Assembly (NCBI GenBank): GCA_043803815.1
Contig: JAZDJR010000016.1
Span: 1-38,386 of the forward strand
Source of the DNA: Candidatus Micrarchaeota archaeon
Lineage (GTDB): Archaea > Iainarchaeota > Iainarchaeia > Iainarchaeales > JAGVWC01
Direction of reading: 5' to 3'
DNA: 38,386 nucleotides
The position numbers and the translations under genes were made by a program. Below are positions 34,509 to 38,386 of the stretch, in pieces. Within the stretch, counting starts at the first letter, position 1; every line of letters begins with the position of its first letter. The notes beneath the pieces were generated by a model. That model was not told where the DNA came from. It ran no database searches and worked only from the letters and a program-made list of their open reading frames with translations.

Positions 34509-37500
34509 ATGGGACGATTTGAAGACATGGTGGCGCTGGCCGGACGGCTTATGTCCGACCAGGACAATATCCGAAACATCGGAACCGTCGCCCACATCGA
34601 CCACGGAAAATGCGTAACCGGCAACACGCGATTGCAATTGACCGACGGAAAGTTTGTTTCTGCACAAGAATTATTCGACCACTTACAGCTGGATGCGCCA
34701 ATTGCCCGGCAAACCGATTCCGAAATCGTGCATGACGTATTGCACAAAAATTTTGTTATTTTTTCATTAAACAAACAAACCGGGCAAATCGAAAAAAAAA
34801 GCATTTCGCATGCGTGGAAACTGGTTGGCGGAAAAACCGTTAAAATCAAGCTTCGAAACGGCCTTCAAGTCGAAACAACGCCCGAACACAAATATATCGC
34901 TTTTAACGGCATTAACTTTGTAGAAAAAGAAGCCAAAGATATTTCAACCGACGATTTTGTAGTTTGTCCGCGCGAAATCAAAACCGATTCGTTAATGGAT
35001 TTTAAAGCCGAGTTTTTGAAACGAATTTCAAGAAAACCGATTTATGCGATTGTTTCAGACGAATTAAACCAAAAAATCAAGCAGGAACTTGGCTCTATTG
35101 TCGGCGTTTCTAACGAGGCTTTCAAGGAAAACCTAAAGCGCCGACGCTACAACATCGAAACTTTGCTCAAAATAGCTCCCGAAATCGGCGTTTCGGAAAA
35201 TGAACTATACGGCCAAATCGAACAGGTTTTTTATCGCAAAGGCGGCAAAAACAGCAAAAATGCAAAGCCTATGAAACTCCCGCAAAACCTTGAAAACTTT
35301 TATTATTTGGCGGGATTGCTGTTTGGCGACGGAAGCGAAGACAAACTTGTGGTTGGAAAACCCGCACTCGGAAAAAAATTCGATGAAATTTGTGCCGAGC
35401 TTGGAATCAAAACGTTTAAACGAAACTATGCAGGCAAAACGCCCGAAATCAGTACGGGCTGCAAAACGCTATTAGAAATCCTCAATGCAATTTTTGATTA
35501 TCCAACCAAACAAAAATCTCATAATATCTTCATTAATTCGTTTTTGCAATCATCCGAAAACCAAAACATTGCCGCTTTTTTGCGGGCCTACTTTGACTGT
35601 GACGGAACCGTTGAAAAAAGCCGAAGCGCGGTTTCAATTACTTCAGTAAGCCCCAAAATGATTAGCGGACTGCAATTACTGCTGCTTCGCTTTGGCTGCC
35701 CGTCAGCCATTGAAACGGACACGCTTTACATTAGCGGTTTTTCCGTCAAACCGTTTGTTGAAAAAATCGGCTTTGGTTTGATTGAAAAACAACAAAAAGC
35801 AGTTTTTTTGGCGGAAAAAGCAACCGGAAGCCAAACATTGGATTTAGTCCCTATAAATCAAGCCGCGTTTGAACAACTCCGAAAAAACGTCTCCATGAGT
35901 TCCATTTCTCACCACTATTACAAATATGAAAAAGGAACTTACAAACCGACCATGCAGACCTTTGCCGGAATTCTGCAAAAAATGGTTCAAAAAGGAATCA
36001 ATACTGAATTGTTAAATAAAATCAATTTGCAAGAACTGGCATTTATTCAAGTCAAAGAAATTTCTGAAGATTTTTCCGAAACGGTTTATGATTTCACCGT
36101 ACCAGACAATCACAACTTTGTCGCCGAAGGAATGTTCATTCACAACACCACTCTTTCTGATTCATTGATTGCCGCAGCGGGACTTATTTCAGTCGAATCC
36201 GCGGGCAATACCCAGTTCATGGACTACGAAGACCAGGAACAGGACCGCGGAATCACGATTAACGCCGCCAACATCACCTTGGTATACGACAGCGGAGAGC
36301 ACAAACTTCTTGTCAATTTAATCGACACTCCCGGACACGTGGACTTCACCGGCGAAGTCATCCGCGCCATGCGCGCAGTCGACGGCGTCATTTTGGTTAT
36401 CGACGCGGTCGAAGGAATCATGCCCCAGACCGAAACCGTTGTCCGCCAGTCCCTAAAAGAAATGGTCAAACCGGTATTATTTGTCAACAAAGTCGACCGC
36501 TTAATTTCCGAACTGCAGGTAACCGAAGAAGAAATGCAAAAGCGGTTCATGAGGCTGATTTCGCAGGTCAACCAGCTCATTGTCAAAAACGCGCCCGAAC
36601 AATTCAAGCAATCCTGGCAAGTCGATCCCCTCAAAGGCTCGGTCGCTTTCGGAAGCGCAAAGCGAAAATGGGCCGTATCGGTTCCCTACATGCAAAAAAC
36701 CGGAATCAATTTCAAAAAAGTTTACGAGTATCTGAAAAACGACCAGCAGGCCGAATTATCCAAAGTAAGCCCGACCGCGAACGTCGTGTTTGAAATGGTG
36801 CGCATGCACTTGCCGTCCCCAAAGCAATCCCAAAAATACCGAATCAACCGCATCTGGGGCGGGGACATGGAACTGCCGGTGGCCAAAAGCATGGTGGCCT
36901 GCGATCCTGCGGGACAATTGGCCATGATGATTACGGATGTTTCAGTCGACAAGCACGCCGGAGAAATTGCAACAGGCAGGATTTATTCCGGAACGCTTAC
37001 TCCAGGCATGACTGTCAGATTAATCGGTTCGCAAAAAGACGTGCGCATTCAAAAAGTCGGCGTGTTTATGGGAAACGAATACCTTGATGTTGCCAAAATC
37101 GGCGCGGGAAACGTGGCCGCTTTGGTCGGATTAAAAGACACTTATGCGGGTGAAACCATTTCAACCGAAGTAATCAAGCCGTTTGAAAGCTTTATGTCCA
37201 ATGTGGAACCGGTCATTACGGTTTCAATCGAAGCCAAGCAAACCAAGGACCTGCCAAAGCTGATTATGGTTTTGCGCCAGCTGACCAAAGAAGACCCCAA
37301 CTTACGCGCTTCCATCAACCAGGACACGGGCGAACACCTGCTTTCCGGAATGGGCGAACTGCACCTGGACGTGAACCGCTACCGCATTGAAACTCACCAC
37401 GGCGTTCCGATTACGGTCGGAAACCCGATTGTCGTTTACAAGGAAACCATTACCAAAAAATCGCTTTCACTCGAAGGAAAAACACCCAACCGCCACAACA

Positions 37501-38237
37501 AATTTTTGATGCGCGCGGAACCGATTCCTGCGAACGTCTTGGCCAAACTGGTGGATGTTAACATCGACGCTAAAATCAGGGACAAAGACAAGGAACTCGT
37601 GCTAAAGCTGATTGAATGCGGATTCGAGCGCGAAGAAGCCAAAAAAATATGGATGGTGCACAACAACTGCGTTTTGGTGGACGGAACCCGCGGAATCCAG
37701 TCCTTGTTTGAAATCAGGGAACTCGTAATCCAGGGATTTTCCGACGCGGTCGACCAATGCGCCTTGGCCAAGGAAAAAGCGTTCGGAATCAAAATCATTC
37801 TGGAAGATGCAAGCCTTCACGAAGACTCGATTCACCGCGGACCAGCACAGGTATTGCCCGCGATTACGCGCACCATTTACGCATGCGTGCTCAATTCGGG
37901 GCCCGTGCTGTTTGAACCCAAGCAATTATTGACCATTACCGTTCCCCACGACCAAATGGGAAACGCTTCCAAGGAACTCGGTTCCCGAAGAACCCAAATC
38001 ATTGAAATGCGTTCCGAAGGCGATACCACGATTATCATCGCCAAGGCGCCGGTCAAGGAACTCATCGGCTTTGCCGCGGCTATCCGCGGAGCAACACAAG
38101 GCCGCGCCCAATGGACCGCGGAATACGCGGGCTACGAATTATTGCCGCGCGAACTGCAAACCCCGACGGTCACCGAAATCCGAAAACGAAAGGGACTTGA
38201 ACCCGACATCAAGCCTTACACGTTCTTTTTGGACTAA
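34509..38237 (+). CDS. fusA: Elongation factor 2 (aEF-2), containing one intein. Spliced product is about 730 aa.
   Basis: Motifs IRNIGTVAHIDHGK/TTLSD, RGITI, DTPGHVDF, NKVD, GMGELHL and the diphthamide-loop LHEDSIHRG. Confidence 0.97.
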   Translation: MGRFEDMVALAGRLMSDQDNIRNIGTVAHIDHGKCVTGNTRLQLTDGKFVSAQELFDHLQLDAPIARQTDSEIVHDVLHKNFVIFSLNKQTGQIEKKSISHAWKLVGGKTVKIKLRNGLQVETTPEHKYIAFNGINFVEKEAKDISTDDFVVCPREIKTDSLMDFKAEFLKRISRKPIYAIVSDELNQKIKQELGSIVGVSNEAFKENLKRRRYNIETLLKIAPEIGVSENELYGQIEQVFYRKGGKNSKNAKPMKLPQNLENFYYLAGLLFGDGSEDKLVVGKPALGKKFDEICAELGIKTFKRNYAGKTPEISTGCKTLLEILNAIFDYPTKQKSHNIFINSFLQSSENQNIAAFLRAYFDCDGTVEKSRSAVSITSVSPKMISGLQLLLLRFGCPSAIETDTLYISGFSVKPFVEKIGFGLIEKQQKAVFLAEKATGSQTLDLVPINQAAFEQLRKNVSMSSISHHYYKYEKGTYKPTMQTFAGILQKMVQKGINTELLNKINLQELAFIQVKEISEDFSETVYDFTVPDNHNFVAEGMFIHNTTLSDSLIAAAGLISVESAGNTQFMDYEDQEQDRGITINAANITLVYDSGEHKLLVNLIDTPGHVDFTGEVIRAMRAVDGVILVIDAVEGIMPQTETVVRQSLKEMVKPVLFVNKVDRLISELQVTEEEMQKRFMRLISQVNQLIVKNAPEQFKQSWQVDPLKGSVAFGSAKRKWAVSVPYMQKTGINFKKVYEYLKNDQQAELSKVSPTANVVFEMVRMHLPSPKQSQKYRINRIWGGDMELPVAKSMVACDPAGQLAMMITDVSVDKHAGEIATGRIYSGTLTPGMTVRLIGSQKDVRIQKVGVFMGNEYLDVAKIGAGNVAALVGLKDTYAGETISTEVIKPFESFMSNVEPVITVSIEAKQTKDLPKLIMVLRQLTKEDPNLRASINQDTGEHLLSGMGELHLDVNRYRIETHHGVPITVGNPIVVYKETITKKSLSLEGKTPNRHNKFLMRAEPIPANVLAKLVDVNIDAKIRDKDKELVLKLIECGFEREEAKKIWMVHNNCVLVDGTRGIQSLFEIRELVIQGFSDAVDQCALAKEKAFGIKIILEDASLHEDSIHRGPAQVLPAITRTIYACVLNSGPVLFEPKQLLTITVPHDQMGNASKELGSRRTQIIEMRSEGDTTIIIAKAPVKELIGFAAAIRGATQGRAQWTAEYAGYELLPRELQTPTVTEIRKRKGLEPDIKPYTFFLD
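34611..36146 (+). mobile_element. Intein (512 aa) with LAGLIDADG homing endonuclease, in the EF-2 P-loop
   Basis: Junctions HGK/CVTGNT ... VYDFTVPDNHNFVAEGMFIHN/TTLSD, with block B TTPEH and internal LAGLLFGDG and FLRAYFDCDG. Confidence 0.95.
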
Positions 38238-38251
38238 ACACACACATGACG

Positions 38252-38272
38252 ATAGGGGGCTACGCCCCCTAT
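38252..38272. terminator. Perfect 9-bp GC-rich hairpin downstream of EF-2 (terminator or REP-like element)
   Basis: ATAGGGGGC-TAC-GCCCCCTAT, beginning 15 nt after the EF-2 stop. Confidence 0.5.
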
Positions 38273-38386
38273 AACCCCCTTGCACGACCGCGGGTCTTCG
38301 CTTTTGGGCTCAGACCGCGCGGTATCGCCCCGCTACAACGCTGGAACGTCTGCCACGATTTCGACTTTGTGATGCGCTTGTTGGTC

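Noticed and set aside
420-38111. Numerous short antisense or alternative-frame ORFs nested in long genes
   Set aside because: They are shadows of well-supported genes with no independent motifs
1-38386. CRISPR array, tRNA, rRNA, transposase or alternative genetic code
   Set aside because: No regularly spaced repeats, cloverleaf or transposase motifs were recognised. TGA, TAA and TAG all end genes here, and conserved proteins read through without internal stops.

Overview
Archaeal chromosomal segment, most likely from a DPANN lineage. Ca. Diapherotrites/Iainarchaeota-like is my inference from gene style and the giant surface proteins. The left ~22.7 kb is accessory and cell-surface DNA: a 2555-aa membrane-anchored multidomain protein, an RHH/RelE toxin-antitoxin pair with an operator-like inverted repeat, two geranylgeranyl-reductase-family flavoproteins flanking an internally duplicated PGF-pre-PGF surface protein, a Mn/Fe superoxide dismutase, a large modular S8 protease, endonuclease III and several small membrane or basic ORFans. 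The right ~15.5 kb is the canonical archaeal RNA polymerase/str superoperon (rpoH, rpoB'', rpoB', rpoA', rpoA'', rpl30e, nusA, rps12, rps7, EF-2). It has LAGLIDADG inteins in RpoA' and EF-2 and an extra membrane-protein gene between rps7 and EF-2. The most striking observations are: (1) extreme D-x-N enrichment in the surface protein (23 of 29 Asp, and no Glu, in the first 281-aa repeat), hinting at a non-canonical surface modification or metal-binding code; (2) a ~415-aa helical insert with two Cys-tipped hairpins in the giant protein, a candidate host-membrane contact device; (3) substitutions at normally near-invariant RNA polymerase active-centre positions; (4) a Pro-to-Trp change in the uS12 decoding loop; (5) a histone-H1-like tail on eL30. 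No rRNA, tRNA, CRISPR array or transposase was recognised.
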